Below are positions 28,550 to 41,921 of a DNA stretch of 64,000 nucleotides, piece after piece; positions within the stretch are counted from its first letter, which is position 1, and each line of letters begins with the position of its first letter. The DNA is from Octopus vulgaris. Taxonomy: Eukaryota. Position numbers and translations under genes: made by a program. The notes under the pieces were generated by a model that searched no databases, was not told where the DNA came from, and saw nothing but the letters and a program-made list of their open reading frames with translations. The DNA is taken from positions 7,936,001 to 8,000,000 of the forward strand of contig OX597826.1 of assembly GCA_951406725.2 (NCBI GenBank). The letters are read 5' to 3'.

Positions 28550-29422
28550 GTAGTGGTGGTGGAGATAATGACGATGATGCTGATAGTAGTTGTGATAGTG
28601 ATGACGATAGTGGTTGTGATGAGAGTGGTGGTGGTTATGATGGTGGTGACGGTAGGAGTGATGGTGATAATGATAAAGACGAAGGCGATGGCGATGGCTA
28701 TGACCATGGTGAGAATGGTAAACAACGTCGATGACAATCATCATCATAATAGGAGGGGGTGTTGCTGTTGTTGCTGTTAGTGGTGGTGGTGGTAGTGGTC
28801 GTGGTGACGGCGAAGGCGGTAGGAACGCTGATGATTAGAATGGTGACGATGATGATGATGAGCAATTTGATGACGAAGATGACGTCGACAAAGAAGAGTC
28901 GGAGGGGAAGTTAGAAGAAGAGGAAGAAGCAGAAGCAGTCACAGCAGCAGCAGCAGCAGAAGGAGGAGAAGAAGAAGAAGAAGAAGAAGAAGAAGAAGAA
29001 GAAGAAGAAGAAGGAGGAGGAGGAGGAGGAGGAGGAGAAGAAGAAGAAGAAGACGAAGAAGAAGAAGAAGAAGAAGAAGAAGAAGAAGAAGAAGAAGAAG
29101 AAGAAAGAAAGAAAGCAGAAGACGAAGACGAAGAAGAGGAGGTTAGTAATTTTTACTACTGCCGGTCTTTGGGACGCTGTGGTGCTGGTGTTCTAATTCC
29201 CTCGCTGTCACCATCGCTACATTTTTGGATAATTCTTCCATTTTCCTTTTGCTTTTTTTTGTTAGTCTCCATCTTGTTGCAGAGGTAAGCGGTAATGTCA
29301 AATGACAGGATGAGTGAGAGGCAAAGAGAAGAAGATGAAGAAGAGTAATGGCGGTTCTGAGGCCGAAGCCTCCTAAAAACATAACAATTATGATAATAAT
29401 AATAATAGTAATAATAATGATA

Positions 29423-29499
<77 letters not shown>

Positions 29500-29568
29500 T
29501 AATAATAATAATAACAATAATAATAATAGTAATAATAATAAATAATAATAATAATAGTAATAATAATA

Positions 29569-29632
<64 letters not shown>

Positions 29633-29777
29633 CTGACGGTGATGATGACGACAACGACGAAAGCAAAAACAACAACATCAACAATAATAACAATGATAAT
29701 GCTGCTGCTGCTGCTGCTGATGATGATGATGATGTAGACGCGACAATAACACCGACAAAAACAATAACAACAACAAC

Positions 29778-29848
<71 letters not shown>

Positions 29849-29886
29849 TGATGATGATGATAATAATAATAATAATAATAATGTTG

Positions 29887-29923
<37 letters not shown>

Positions 29924-29940
29924 TAATAATAATAACGTTG

Positions 29941-30010
<70 letters not shown>

Positions 30011-30095
30011 ATGAAGAAGAAGAAGAAGAAGAAGAAGAAGAAGAAGAAGAAGAAGAAGAACAACAAGAACAACAACAACAACAACAACAACAACA
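28220..30095. repeat. Compound triplet field: degenerate (GGT/GAT), (GAA)n, (TAA)n and (CAA)n
   Basis: Directly visible; interrupted by a unique island at 29143-29385. Confidence 0.9.
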
Positions 30096-30670
30096 GGAGT
30101 AGTTTTAAAACAAAAATATAATAAGGAAAGCAGCTGCCAAAATGTTCGTAGCCCCGACTCCTTGTGTTGCTGTTAGGTTGGAAAAGAAGTTAGTTTGACA
30201 CCGACTTGACGTTGAGTCGCAAATAACTTGTCAAAAGAAGGAAGTGTTCTTCCTGGAATGGTCTCAGATATCTTAAAGGTTTACTGAGAAATAGAATGAA
30301 AATGGCGAAGAACCTTGACAAATGCTTAATCCAGGATTATCCAACTTTAAGGTCCATCAAATATAACACAGATATTTGTTTGTTTCTTGTTTCATGCAGT
30401 TTTTGTTTTGTTTTGTTTTGTTTTTTGTGTCTTTTGTATTTGGAGTTCGAAATTTTTGTTTGTTGTTGTTATTGTTGTTTTTTCATTGTTTTTCTTTCAT
30501 TTCTTGGGTAGATCACACCAGAAGCTCTGAAAGAAAATAATAAAAAACAACAGAGAATGAAGGAAAGAAACCTGAATTCATTGACAATAACTACACGAAC
30601 AGAACGTATTCAATTTTCCTCTTTCTTACGTCTTACACACCACCAACATCACCACCATCATCACCAGCGC

Positions 30671-30712
<42 letters not shown>

Positions 30713-30824
30713 AATTGTCATCATTGTAGTCTTCATCATCATCGTCCTCATCATTACACACTCACAAATAGACATCCATGTATACAAACAGACGCACAAA
30801 CACACACAAACACGCACACACCCA

Positions 30825-31568
30825 TGTTTTGGTAAGTGTCTTCTACCATAGCTTCGGACAGTCTAATGTCTTGGGAAGGAATTTGGTAGGCAGAAGCCGT
30901 ATATGTATTCTTTTATTCTATTACTTGTTTCAGTCATTTAACAGCGGTCACGCTGGAGCACCACCTTTAGTCAAACAAATGAACTCCAGGACTTATTCTT
31001 TGTAAGCCTAGTACTTATTTTATCGGTCGCTTTTCGACGAATCGCTAAGTTACGGGGACGTAAACAAACCAACTTCCGCTGTCAAGCGATGGTGAGGAGA
31101 CAAACACAGACACACACACACACACACACATACATATATATATATATGTTGGTGTGTGTGTGTGTGTGTGTCAGCGGGGTGGCATCATTTGAAGGATAAA
31201 ACAATGCGAAGCGCATTGTGACCAGCGATGTGTAGTAACATCTGATAGCCTGGTTGGTCACGGTGATCACGGTGATATATATATATATATATATATAGTT
31301 AATCCAAACATGAACAAAGAGAAAACACAACAACGCGAGGACGTGGAGTAAGTTCAGTGTTATTGGGCGCTCAGGAAAGGAAAGAAAGTAGGAGGATTTC
31401 ACGTTTCGAGCGGAGCTCTTCGTCAGAAATATACAGAAAGTCCAAAGAAGGGAAGACGGAGAAAGAAAATCGACAACGACGAGCTTCTTTCAGTTTCCGT
31501 CAACCAAATCCACTCACAAGGCTTTGGTCGGTCGCAAGCTACTTACCACAGAGCCACTCCTGTGCCTC
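30825..31568. mobile_element. Cluster of family B SINE fragments with an embedded Penelope-like repeat (31300-31475)
   Basis: Family B motifs at 30825-30905 (+), 30910-31130 (-) and 31478-31568 (-); hammerhead-like motif at 31396-31430 (-). Confidence 0.75.
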
Positions 31569-31859
31569 TATATATATATGGTGAAAACTTACCAAAAAAT
31601 ATATTCACGCGTGATATTGTAATAAAAAATATAAATAGGAAAATACACAGAAATGTTATGTTGGGAAAATATATACATATTTACCAAATTAAATTTTACA
31701 CAGCCGACTGGTTTCGCTTATGCTAATCATTACTCAGTAAGAAACCACAATCTACAATGCGAGTATTCGACTCCTGCCTGTATCAGTTAATGCAAGATCT
31801 AAATGGAAGCGGGTGGGAGCCCGGCTAAAGTAACTAACAGACACACGACACACACGCAA

Positions 31860-31911
<52 letters not shown>

Positions 31912-31914
<3 letters not shown>

Positions 31915-32253
31915 TAAAGACCCCCTTCGGTCATGAATGACCATGGGATTGCACCTAGAAAGTTACCCTCCTAGACACAAGTCTGGGCAAGGTTGTTTTT
32001 ATGGAAGGCCAGCAGTCGCCCATGCATACCAGCCTCCCCTCTCCAGGCCACCAGTGTTATCCAAGGGAAAGACAAAGGTCGATACAGCTTGGCACCAGTG
32101 ACGTCGCAACTCATTTCTACAGCTGAGTGAACTGGAGCAACGTTAAATAAAGTGCCTTGCTCGAGAACACAACACGCAGCCCGGTCCGGGATTCGAGCTC
32201 ACAACCTCACGATCGTAAGCTCGACGCTCTAACCACTGAGCCATGCGCCTTCA
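31912..32253 (-). mobile_element. Full-length family E SINE (tRNA head, CORE-like domain, distinct tail)
   Basis: Reverse complement: TGAAGGCGCATGGCTCAGTGGTTAGAGCG (A box)..AGCTCGAATCC (B-box-like)..CGAGCAAGGCACTTTATTTAACGTTGCTCCAGTTCACTCAGCTG..CTAGGTGCAATCCCATGGTCATTCATGACCGAAGGGGGTCTTTACC. Confidence 0.9.
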
Positions 32254-32610
32254 TACTCATGGATACATATATGTAATTGTTATAACTCACGATAAGATAG
32301 TATATATGTACGTCTGCATGTGTGTGTGTGCGTGCATGTGCATGTATGTGTGTGTGTTTGCACAATGATTTTTAGAAGGCAACTTGTGTAACATTCATTT
32401 TAAAATTCGTCGAGTTTGAACTCATAACGTCACGGATTGTAATTAAATTTTCAAAAACAGTTTGTCCGACGTTTCGATAAGTACCCAGTATGAAACTATG
32501 ATGCATTTGTGTACTAGTAAGTGCTTGGCAAAATTCTAACATGTTCGACGGTTTTGAAAATGAGAAAATGTGGGACAAACGTGAAGAGTAACCAAAAGAT
32601 AAAGAATGTA

Positions 32611-33010
32611 TAGGCGCAGGAGTGGCGGTGTGGTATGTAGCTTGCTTACCAACCACATGGTTCTAAGTTCAGTCCCACTGCGTGACAAGTGTCTTCGGCA
32701 AGTGTCTTCTACTATAGCCTAGGGCCGACCAAAGCCTTGTGAGTGGATTTGGTAGGCGGAAACTGAAAGAATCTCGTCGTATACATATATATATGAGCAT
32801 GTGTGTATGTATGATTGTGTGTCGGTGTTTGTCTCCCCAATATCGCTTGACAACCGATGCTGGTGTGTTTACGTCCCCATAACTTAGCGGTTCGGCAAAA
32901 ACGAGCGATAGAAAAAGTACTAAGCTTCGAAACAATAAGTTCTGGGGGCGATTTGCTAGATTATATGCGGTGCTCCAGCATGGCCAGAATCAAATTATTG
33001 AAACAATTAA
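32611..33010 (+). mobile_element. Family B SINE, full length
   Basis: AGGCGCAGGAGTGGCGGTGTGG..GCGGTGCTCCAGCATGGCC. Confidence 0.92.
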
Positions 33011-33577
33011 AATAATAATGGACAAATGCGATCGAAACAACCGAGACAAGAACATTTGAATGGTAAACATATGAATGTATTTATAAATTTGTGTTGTAAG
33101 ATTTCTGACATGAAATCGTCTGTTGAAACAGATATTGTTTTGCTTTGTTTTTTTTTCAAGATAGCCACTTTTTGCTTGCCAAATAAACAAACACACGCAC
33201 TATAACTGAGTTACACACGTGGATGGAAGAATCGCCGAACAGGTCATAGATGTGTGACGAAAGATTTCCAGACAATGGATATATGAGAAAATAAGAACAA
33301 TAATAAATAAGTGAAGAACGAATATATAGTGGGTGTGGTTATTTGGCAAGAAAAAATATGACCATCCCGAAATATAACAATGTATTAGTGTGGCAAGTTA
33401 TAAAATTATGTTTAATAAAATGAGATTACAGCTGCAATGAGAAGGAAAATATTTAATTTATGGTCAATTCTTAAGGAAGACAAGGTAGGAAACGCTGAAA
33501 TTGGAACGAAACAATTTGTCAACCGGCAGGGGGGATAACTTCGGAAATATTTCAACGTTATTTTCCCTCCTCCGTTT

Positions 33578-34492
33578 GGCGACCAACTGGCAGAGTCGCT
33601 AGCACGCCGGGCGAAATGCTTAGCGGGTTTCGTCTGCCCTTACGTTCTGAGTTCAAATTCCGTCGAGGTCGACTTTGCCTTTCATGCTTTCTGGGTGGAT
33701 AAATTAAGTACCAGTTACGTACTGTGGTCGATATAATCGACTTAACCCCTTTGTCAGTCCTTGTTTGTCCCCTCTATGTTTAACCCCTTGTGGGCAATAG
33801 AGAAATAAGAATCGTTAGTGCGCCAGAGAAAATGCTTACAGTCATTTCGCCGGTCTTTGCGTTTTGAAATCAAACTCCGCCAAGGTTAACTTTGACCTTT
33901 CATCCTTTCGTGGTCGGTAAAATAAGTATCATTTAAAAACTGAGATCGATGTAATTGACTAGCTCTCTCCCCCAACATTTTAGGCCTTATATCTATAGCG
34001 GAAAGGATTGTTCCTCCTTAGTGAAGCTTCATCCATCATGTACTTCGAAGTTACTGGGTAATCTATAATTCTTTCTACTATAGGCACAAACTTGACATTT
34101 GGGTACGGGGTATGTCAATTACCCAGCTCTCCCTTGTTATCCACTAGAACTTATTCTATCAACCCCGAAAGTATGAAAGGTAAAGCTGACCCCGTTGGAT
34201 TTTGAACTCAGAACGTAAAGCCGGAAGAAAGTGGTAAACATGTTGTCCGGCGTGCCATTGACCATACCAGCTCATCGTCCTTAATTTATAACAGTGGCTT
34301 TTAATTATTATAGGACGGCAATTTTGAGGAGAGTGTGTAACTGTTGCCACCGACCCAAGTACATGACTTGTACTTCATCAAATGAAATTCAAATTATCCC
34401 AAGTGAATTTTGAACCCAGAATGTAAAGATCTGGAATAAATACAGCAAAGCATTTTTCCGACGCTCTAATGATTCTGTTCCTTCGCAGCCTT
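33578..34492. mobile_element. Family A SINE cluster: dimer 33578-34010 (+), older copies 34068-34282 (-) and 34300-34492 (-)
   Basis: Family A motifs; junction GAAATA|AGAATCGTTAG at ~33807. Confidence 0.85.
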
Positions 34493-34697
34493 AAAGCAAT
34501 TTAATATAACCAGATCGGAAAGTTTACTATGATGCTCTTTAACCACTAGTCAATTCTGGTCTCTTGGATCTACGCTCAAAACGTTCCATCCATGTGCATT
34601 TTACCTTGTTTTCTGTCATTACATGTACAACATTATTACCCCAAGAGTCTTTCTTGTTTAAGATAGCAACGTGCTTTGGGATGATAACTTATTTACC

Positions 34698-35116
34698 GGA
34701 TCTTTTCGGTTTGAACGGCAGTTTTTAAAAAATAATTTCCACGTAACTAAACACTTTTAAACTTCGTATACTGTTAGAATGTAATTATAAAACATCTTTC
34801 TCTCTTGGCTTTATTGAGAAAATTCTATAGTTTGTAAGATATTTGTTGTTTTTTTTCTTCAATTTCTGCAATTTCAACCAATCCATGACGTCCATCTGGG
34901 GTGAAAATATTCTGTGCCGTATGAATATGTCCCTCTTTTTAAAAACAGATTGGGTTTATTTACATTTCTGAAGAAAAAAAGATACCCTTCCCCCTACCCC
35001 TAACCCTAACCCTAAAACAGATTGAAATGCAATAGATCGATACTAGGGTCATAAATATGGGTGATAATTTCATATGACACCGCTAGAAAAAATTGCCGTT
35101 CAAACCGAAAACATTC
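34698..35116. mobile_element. 419-bp MITE with 8-bp TSD and internal (CCCTAA)n
   Basis: TIRs GGATCTTTTCGGTTTGAACGGCAGTTTTT / AAAAATTGCCGTTCAAACCGAAAACATTC; TSD TATTTACC at 34690-34697 and 35117-35124. Confidence 0.9.
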
Positions 35117-35619
35117 TATTTACCTACTATTTCTATCTAAACCGAACGACTATACAGAGACTCTCTCCTAACTTCATTATGTGTATATATATGTAGATAC
35201 ATACGTACGTATGTATGCAATATTTACTTTCGTCTCATTTCTGAGATCAAATCCCCCTGGAGTTAGTAACATAATTATAAATAATATACTAAGTGTTCAT
35301 TCATTTGACTTGCTCACATAACTTATAAATTTGGACTTGGACACTGTTTCTAAGAAATCGATATTTTCAGCAATAATCGATAACACATTATATTTTTAGT
35401 CAAATTGAGATATATAAAGAGAATGGTTACAGCTGGCAATTTCTTGTAACTGTATGGTTAATGAGCTACAAATATATTCTTAAATATTTTCAAGATAAGA
35501 CTGAAGCAACGTCGTGTTTAAAATGACGAATTCCTTGCAGCAGACGTGACGTCATAAGAATTTTAGAGCACATGCGATATTTGTGATTATCTCGTAAAGA
35601 ATTTAACATCATTTTTGAA

Positions 35620-36297
35620 GTAATATCCTTTCTACGTCAGACACAAAGCCGGGGATTTTGTGGGGTGGGGACTAATTGCTTACCTCACTACATTTTTTGT
35701 CCAGCATGCTAACGATTCTTATTCCTTTATTGCCCACAATGGGCTAAACGTAGAGGGGACAAACAAGGACAGAAAAAATGGATTAAGTTGATTACATCGA
35801 CCCCAGTGCGTAACTGGTACTTAATTTATCGACCCCGAAAGGATGAAAGGAAAAATCGACCTCGGCGGAATTTGAACTCAGAAAGTAGCGTTAGACGAAA
35901 TACCTATTTCTTTACTACCCACAAGGGGCTAAACACAGAGAGGACAAACAAGGACAGACAAACGGATTAAGTCGATTATATCGACCCCAGTGCGTAACTG
36001 GTACTTATTTAGTTGACCCCGAAAGGATAAAAGGCAAAGTCGACCTGGGCGGAATTAAACTCAGAACGTAGCGGCAGACGAAATACCTATTTCTTTACTA
36101 CCCACAAGGGGCTAAACATAGAGGGATTAAGTCGATTACATCGACCCCAATACGTAACTGGTACTTAATTTATCGACCCCGAAAGGATGAAAGGCAAAGT
36201 CGACCTCGACGGTTTTTGGATTCACAACGTAGCGGCAGACGAAATACCGCTAAGCATTTCGCCCGGCGTGCTAACGATTCTGCCATCTCACTACCTT
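35620..36297 (-). mobile_element. Family A SINE head-to-tail trimer adjoining an older copy
   Basis: Three bodies; junctions GACGAAATACC|TATTTCTTTACTACCCACAAGGGG at ~35905 and ~36087; one head at ~36297. Confidence 0.92.
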
Positions 36298-36778
36298 CAT
36301 TTATAAAGCATTATGTTCACCAGGAAAAACAATGAACAGCCCTATCCAAGAGAATGTTATAAACATCATTTGTAGCATTTTCTTGGCGAATATTATTTCT
36401 TTTTACTTTTTGCCATTTATTCAGGCAGGAAATGTAATACCCTCGTGTCTTACTTTTTACGAGACCTCTAACATTTGTAGAAAAATAGATGAAATTATTC
36501 TCAATCCAGGCATTGGTCCGATTACATGCAGATGAGTAAACTCCGCTGAATATAGTCAAGCATCTGATAACTATTTTGATTGGAATTAGTCTATCAACTA
36601 ATGTAAATATATTTCTCGCGATGACGAGCCAGCTTGGTAGAGCCCTAATCGCTCCAAATACCTCACGCAGGTGATTTTAATACTTTGGACCCAGGTTATA
36701 TGTACATACACGTTTTGTATATTCGCCTCCCCTTCTTTATTTCATCCTATTATTCTGACTGCTTAACAAACAGCACTC

Positions 36779-37161
36779 AGGGAGGAGCCTTTGTAGCGGC
36801 ACAAGCAATCAGCGCCATATTAGATGAGATCGCGCGGCAGCCATTGCCATCTCCGAGACTAGAGCGAGACCTCACCTGCATCCATTTGCCGTGCGCGAGA
36901 TTACAACGGGGCTCGTTGTGGAGAAAACTATATAAAGGGAAAACCCTCTTCTTCGGCGCCATTACACAGCAACACTGGTTGAACACCAACACTGGCAGAG
37001 GCTTTCTGTCTGCCTATCTCCAGAGGCAATACACCCACACTATCGGAGCTTAAGATAGTAGCTGAGAGCAGCACACTTCACCTTTCCTGTAAATAAACCA
37101 GTTGTAAATAGCAGTTGTACTTGAAGTCTTTTCTCTTCGCCTGCCGAAAGCCTGAGCTACA
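36779..37161 (+). mobile_element. 3' LTR of an LTR retrotransposon (Ty3/Gypsy-like) with polypurine tract
   Basis: TGTAGC (36792)...GCTACA (37161) inverted termini; purine tract AGGGAGGAG at 36779-36787; TATATAAA at 36929; AATAAA at 37092; higher GC than flanks; no matching TSD. Confidence 0.7.
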
Positions 37162-37842
37162 TAAAGAACAAGAAGAATGATGGAAGGAGACGATATTCTT
37201 CCAATATCATAAACCTTGCCTTCCATTATTCAAGAAACATAGAAGGGGTATCTATAGCATGTCCATGGCCACCGAACACATTATACCAAATAGACCTTCA
37301 TTTATTTGCTACAGTCTTTCTTACATTAACTTTTAAAGTTACTACAAACAATTACCATTAATGTAACTTAAACGCAACTGAAGTCAAAATCATTTTAAAA
37401 TATACGTAAAATCTTGATTATCAGAACCAACATCACTTCATAATTTTGATAACTGTGCGTATTCTGATGTCGAAATTTTCTAGTAAAAAAAACCCATTTT
37501 GGCTTCTTCATAAAGAAAGAATATCTTAAGCCATTTTGATACACACACCTTAGCATCAACTCCAATAGCATCAAAATAAATGAGATTCTACAGAGTAACT
37601 ATTCATTTACATCAATGTAAATTGTATTTTTCCGTACCTGCATCCGGTTTTCTATGTTTTATTTCACTTAAAAAATTTTTTTCATGATTAATTTCTTTTT
37701 TTATACTTTACCTTCAGTTTTGGACATCTTCGTGTCAAAGTTTTTTGTTTACTTGAATTTAATTAAAATTTAATAACGATCGGTTTTAATTTTATTGATA
37801 TTTCTGGTATTCTACGTATATTTGTTCTCTTTGTTGTTACCG

Positions 37843-37846
<4 letters not shown>

Positions 37847-37918
<72 letters not shown>

Positions 37919-38112
37919 CATCATCATTATTATTGTTATTATTATTGCTATTATAATTGTTGTTGTTATTATTATCATTATTATTATTATTATTATTTTC
38001 CTTTTGTGTAATTGTTTCAATTTTTTTTTATTCAGTTTTTTCATATTATTATTTCTATTATTTCTATTATTATTATTATTATTATTATTAGTAGTATTAT
38101 TATTATTATTAT

Positions 38113-38190
<78 letters not shown>

Positions 38191-38590
38191 GAACGATTCA
38201 GACCACATCGTGAGTTTATGATTCATATGACTATAGTCTTACTATGATCAATGACATTCTTCCGGTTCTACTCAATTGAAAACCGATCTAAATTCATGGC
38301 CTTGCTCACCCAGCGTTCACTTCCGACTTGTTCACACCGACACCAATCATTATTTGGTCGAATCACGCAATTGCTCCGTTCCTTCTGAGACTTTCACACT
38401 AGACTCTATTCATTCATAAATAAAGGTAATTCTCTCTCTCTCTCTTTCACACTCTTTCATGCTCTTTCACACACACTCTCTTTCTCTCTCTCTCACTCTC
38501 GCTCTCTACCTCACTCCATTTCTAACTATCTCTCTATCGCTCACTCCCATAAGTGAATCATATTTTCCGCTATCGTTATTATTATTATTA

Positions 38591-38640
<50 letters not shown>

Positions 38641-38791
38641 TCAAATCGTATTACCGATGTTATTGTTAGATTTACAATCATTTTTTTCTTCCTTCTTTTT
38701 CTTATTCTTCTTCGTTTCCTTCTCCCCCTCCCTCCTATTATTATTATTATTATCATTATTAGTATTAGTATTATTATTATTATTATTATTA

Positions 38792-38852
<61 letters not shown>

Positions 38853-39699
38853 TCTTATTGTTATTATTATTACTGTTATTATTATTATCATTATTATTAT
38901 TATTGTTATTATCATCATCTTCATCATTATAATCATCATCATCTTCATTATATTATTATTATCATCATGATTATTATTATTATTATTATTATGATCGTTA
39001 CTATTATTACTGGATATTTAATATTGCCATAATAATTATTTTAATTCTTCTCGCTGTCCCATTTCATTATTTTGATATTAATTTTATATAATTTATTTTT
39101 ATATCTTTTCTGATCTTTTTTATTGATTTACTTCAGGTCTTCCATCTGATACAGAATTCTATACCACTGTGGCTGACATAGGATGTGACATTGGTTATCT
39201 ATGGAATGACACGTAACATATTTTCAAAATCAGGCAAACCATTACACAACACACCAGAATATGCCTGGTTGCCTCTCTCTATTTCATATTGTCTATGTTT
39301 GTATGTATGCATGAATGTATGTATGTATGTATGTATGTATGTATGTATGTATGTATGTATGTATGTATGTATGAATGTATGTATGTATGTTTGTATGTAT
39401 GTATGCATGTATGTATGTGTATATGTATCTATCTATCTATATCCTGTATAACAATCTATCGATATCTATCTGTCGTCCTATCTGTCTGCCTGCAGATTAT
39501 ATATATATATATACATATGTATATATATATATATATACATATATATACATATATATATACATATATATACGTATATCTATACATATATATATATATACAT
39601 ATATATGTACATACATATATATACATACATATGTATACATATATATATATACACATATATATATATATATACATATATATACATATATATATACATAGA

Positions 39700-39754
<55 letters not shown>

Positions 39755-39790
39755 GTATATACATACATATATATATATATACATATGTAT

Positions 39791-39823
<33 letters not shown>

Positions 39824-39961
39824 CATATGCATATACATACATATATATATACATACACATATATATATATATACGTATATATATATATATATACGTATAT
39901 ATATATACGTATGACCACAGCTCTTGAGCTGAAACTAGATAAAATACATTTTTAAAGAAAA

Positions 39962-39997
<36 letters not shown>

Positions 39998-40070
39998 GTA
40001 TATATATATATATATATATATATATTGCACACACACACACACATATATATATATACGTATGTATATACGT
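37847..40070. repeat. (ATT)n blocks (37847-38188, 38576-38990) and (TATG)n/(TA)n blocks (39300-40070)
   Basis: Directly visible. Confidence 0.95.
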
Positions 40071-40568
40071 ACATGCATATATAAGGATATATTTATGTAT
40101 GTGTGTGTTTGTAATAATATAATGAAATGTATGCTTGTGCGTAAATATATAAATGTCTAATGTCGTTTTAAATGCATGTCCCCTTTCTTCTGTAACGCAA
40201 ACAAAATAAATTCTTCAATTGCTTTAATGTTGATGTGGAATGAAAGCAGGATGTGCCTAATAAAAAAAAAGATACGCAATCCATGCGTGAAATGACCACA
40301 TCGTGAGAGTACACACAAGTTATGTTGTTCCAAAACTGAGTTGAGAGTATTAGGTTTTGAAACAGGAAATTTACAGTCTCCGGTTCTGACTAGTCTTTCA
40401 ATGTTTTATAGCTATTACAAACACATATTCAGAGCTTCTATCAAGTGTAACCCAATATCTATTTTGTTGTTTGCATTTCACTTTATATCATTTATAGCAT
40501 TTATAGCTTAACTATCTCATTCCTCGGTTTGCTTCCTCTTTCTCTCTTTCCCTCCAGAGCCACCACCC

Positions 40569-40602
<34 letters not shown>

Positions 40603-41489
40603 TATAACCACCCACTTTTCCTCCTCTCAATTTCTACCTCACTCTTTCTAAACATATATAGTTACATTAATTATTAAAGTACCTATTCAGCATGAATTTC
40701 AAATGATATAAATATAGGCTGAGTGATATCCCTGTTTGTAATCACGCTGTGAAATAAAGGCAACGAGGGCCTTATCCACTTTTTACGAATGTAAGAGGAT
40801 AAAAGTAGCCAATTGTATATGAATTCAACTACGTATTCATTCATATTTATTCATAATCGAGTCTGTATTAGTATCATGCCAATTAATATAAAACTTTCAC
40901 CTTTGTATTATTATGTAAATGAATTGTTCGTCAGTAGATACTTTCAGTCAGTTGCCCCCAAGTACATTTGTTAAAATTTGAATATGTTTTACGCAATTTT
41001 ATCTCAGCAGGAATAGCTGATTGAATTCTAAGAATTTTAATGTTTTTTCACTCATTCTATTGGTTAGAGCATAACAATGTATAACTTCCATGGTTATGGC
41101 CATCGCAGACCCACAAATACGATGAGTAATTTTGAAAAGTTTAACATTCCTCTTACAAAACTGTAAGACAAAGACTGCAGGGAAAGAAATCCAAAGCATC
41201 AATGTTTTCAGGAGTAAGGACTGGCGTTCTTTTTAGCCTGGATCTGGTGAGAAAAATGGGAGACAAGAGCTGCTTTAGCATAGGAGACACGTGACCAGCC
41301 AAATCAGAGCTACAGAAACCAGTGTAATACCTGTGAAAAACCCAAAAGGGAAGAGAGTTGGACTGAAGCTGGGGTGTTTACAAAAACCTTCATACCAATC
41401 GACACACGCGCACGCATACACGCTCATGAACAGAAATACATATATAAATAATATATACATATGCATATATATACATATATATATATGTA

Positions 41490-41527
<38 letters not shown>

Positions 41528-41533
<6 letters not shown>

Positions 41534-41825
41534 CCTTCTCGAGCCATGCCTTGCTCATAGGGCCGGTTTTCCGGTCTCCTTGGCGTATAGGTACCTCACC
41601 TGAACGGGACGCCGGTCCGTCAAAGGTGAGTTGCAAGATCCAGGAGGAAAGCCTGAGAGAAAGTTCTGGCGAAAGAGTCAGCAGAAGTTCGCCATTACCT
41701 TCTGCCGGAGCCGCGTGGAGCTTAGATGTTTCGCTCATAAACACACACATCGCCTGGTCTGAGGTTCGAACCCGCGATCGCTCGACCGCGAGTCCGCTGC
41801 TCTAGCCTCTAGGCCATGTGCCTAC
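41528..41825 (-). mobile_element. Family D SINE
   Basis: Closely similar to 63590-63895 and 50439-50961. Confidence 0.92.
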
Positions 41826-41832
41826 AGACACA

Positions 41833-41921
<89 letters not shown>

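Noticed and set aside
29143-30093. 316-aa ORF
   Set aside because: Almost entirely (TAA)n/(GAA)n/(CAA)n repeat translation.
34991-35015. Telomeric repeat as evidence of a chromosome end or fusion
   Set aside because: Only ~4 units, located inside a MITE.
36685-37053. 122-aa ORF with normal-looking composition
   Set aside because: It starts at a non-ATG codon, runs across the PPT and LTR, and has no recognisable domain.
39289-40040. Numerous [12 protein letters not shown] and MYVC ORFs here and throughout the window
   Set aside because: Di- and tetranucleotide repeats lacking stop codons.
41424-41805. Recurring ORFs MCVFMSET..HAAPAEGNG (also at 49007, 50606 and 63582)
   Set aside because: Chance reading frames in family D SINE copies, not a gene family.
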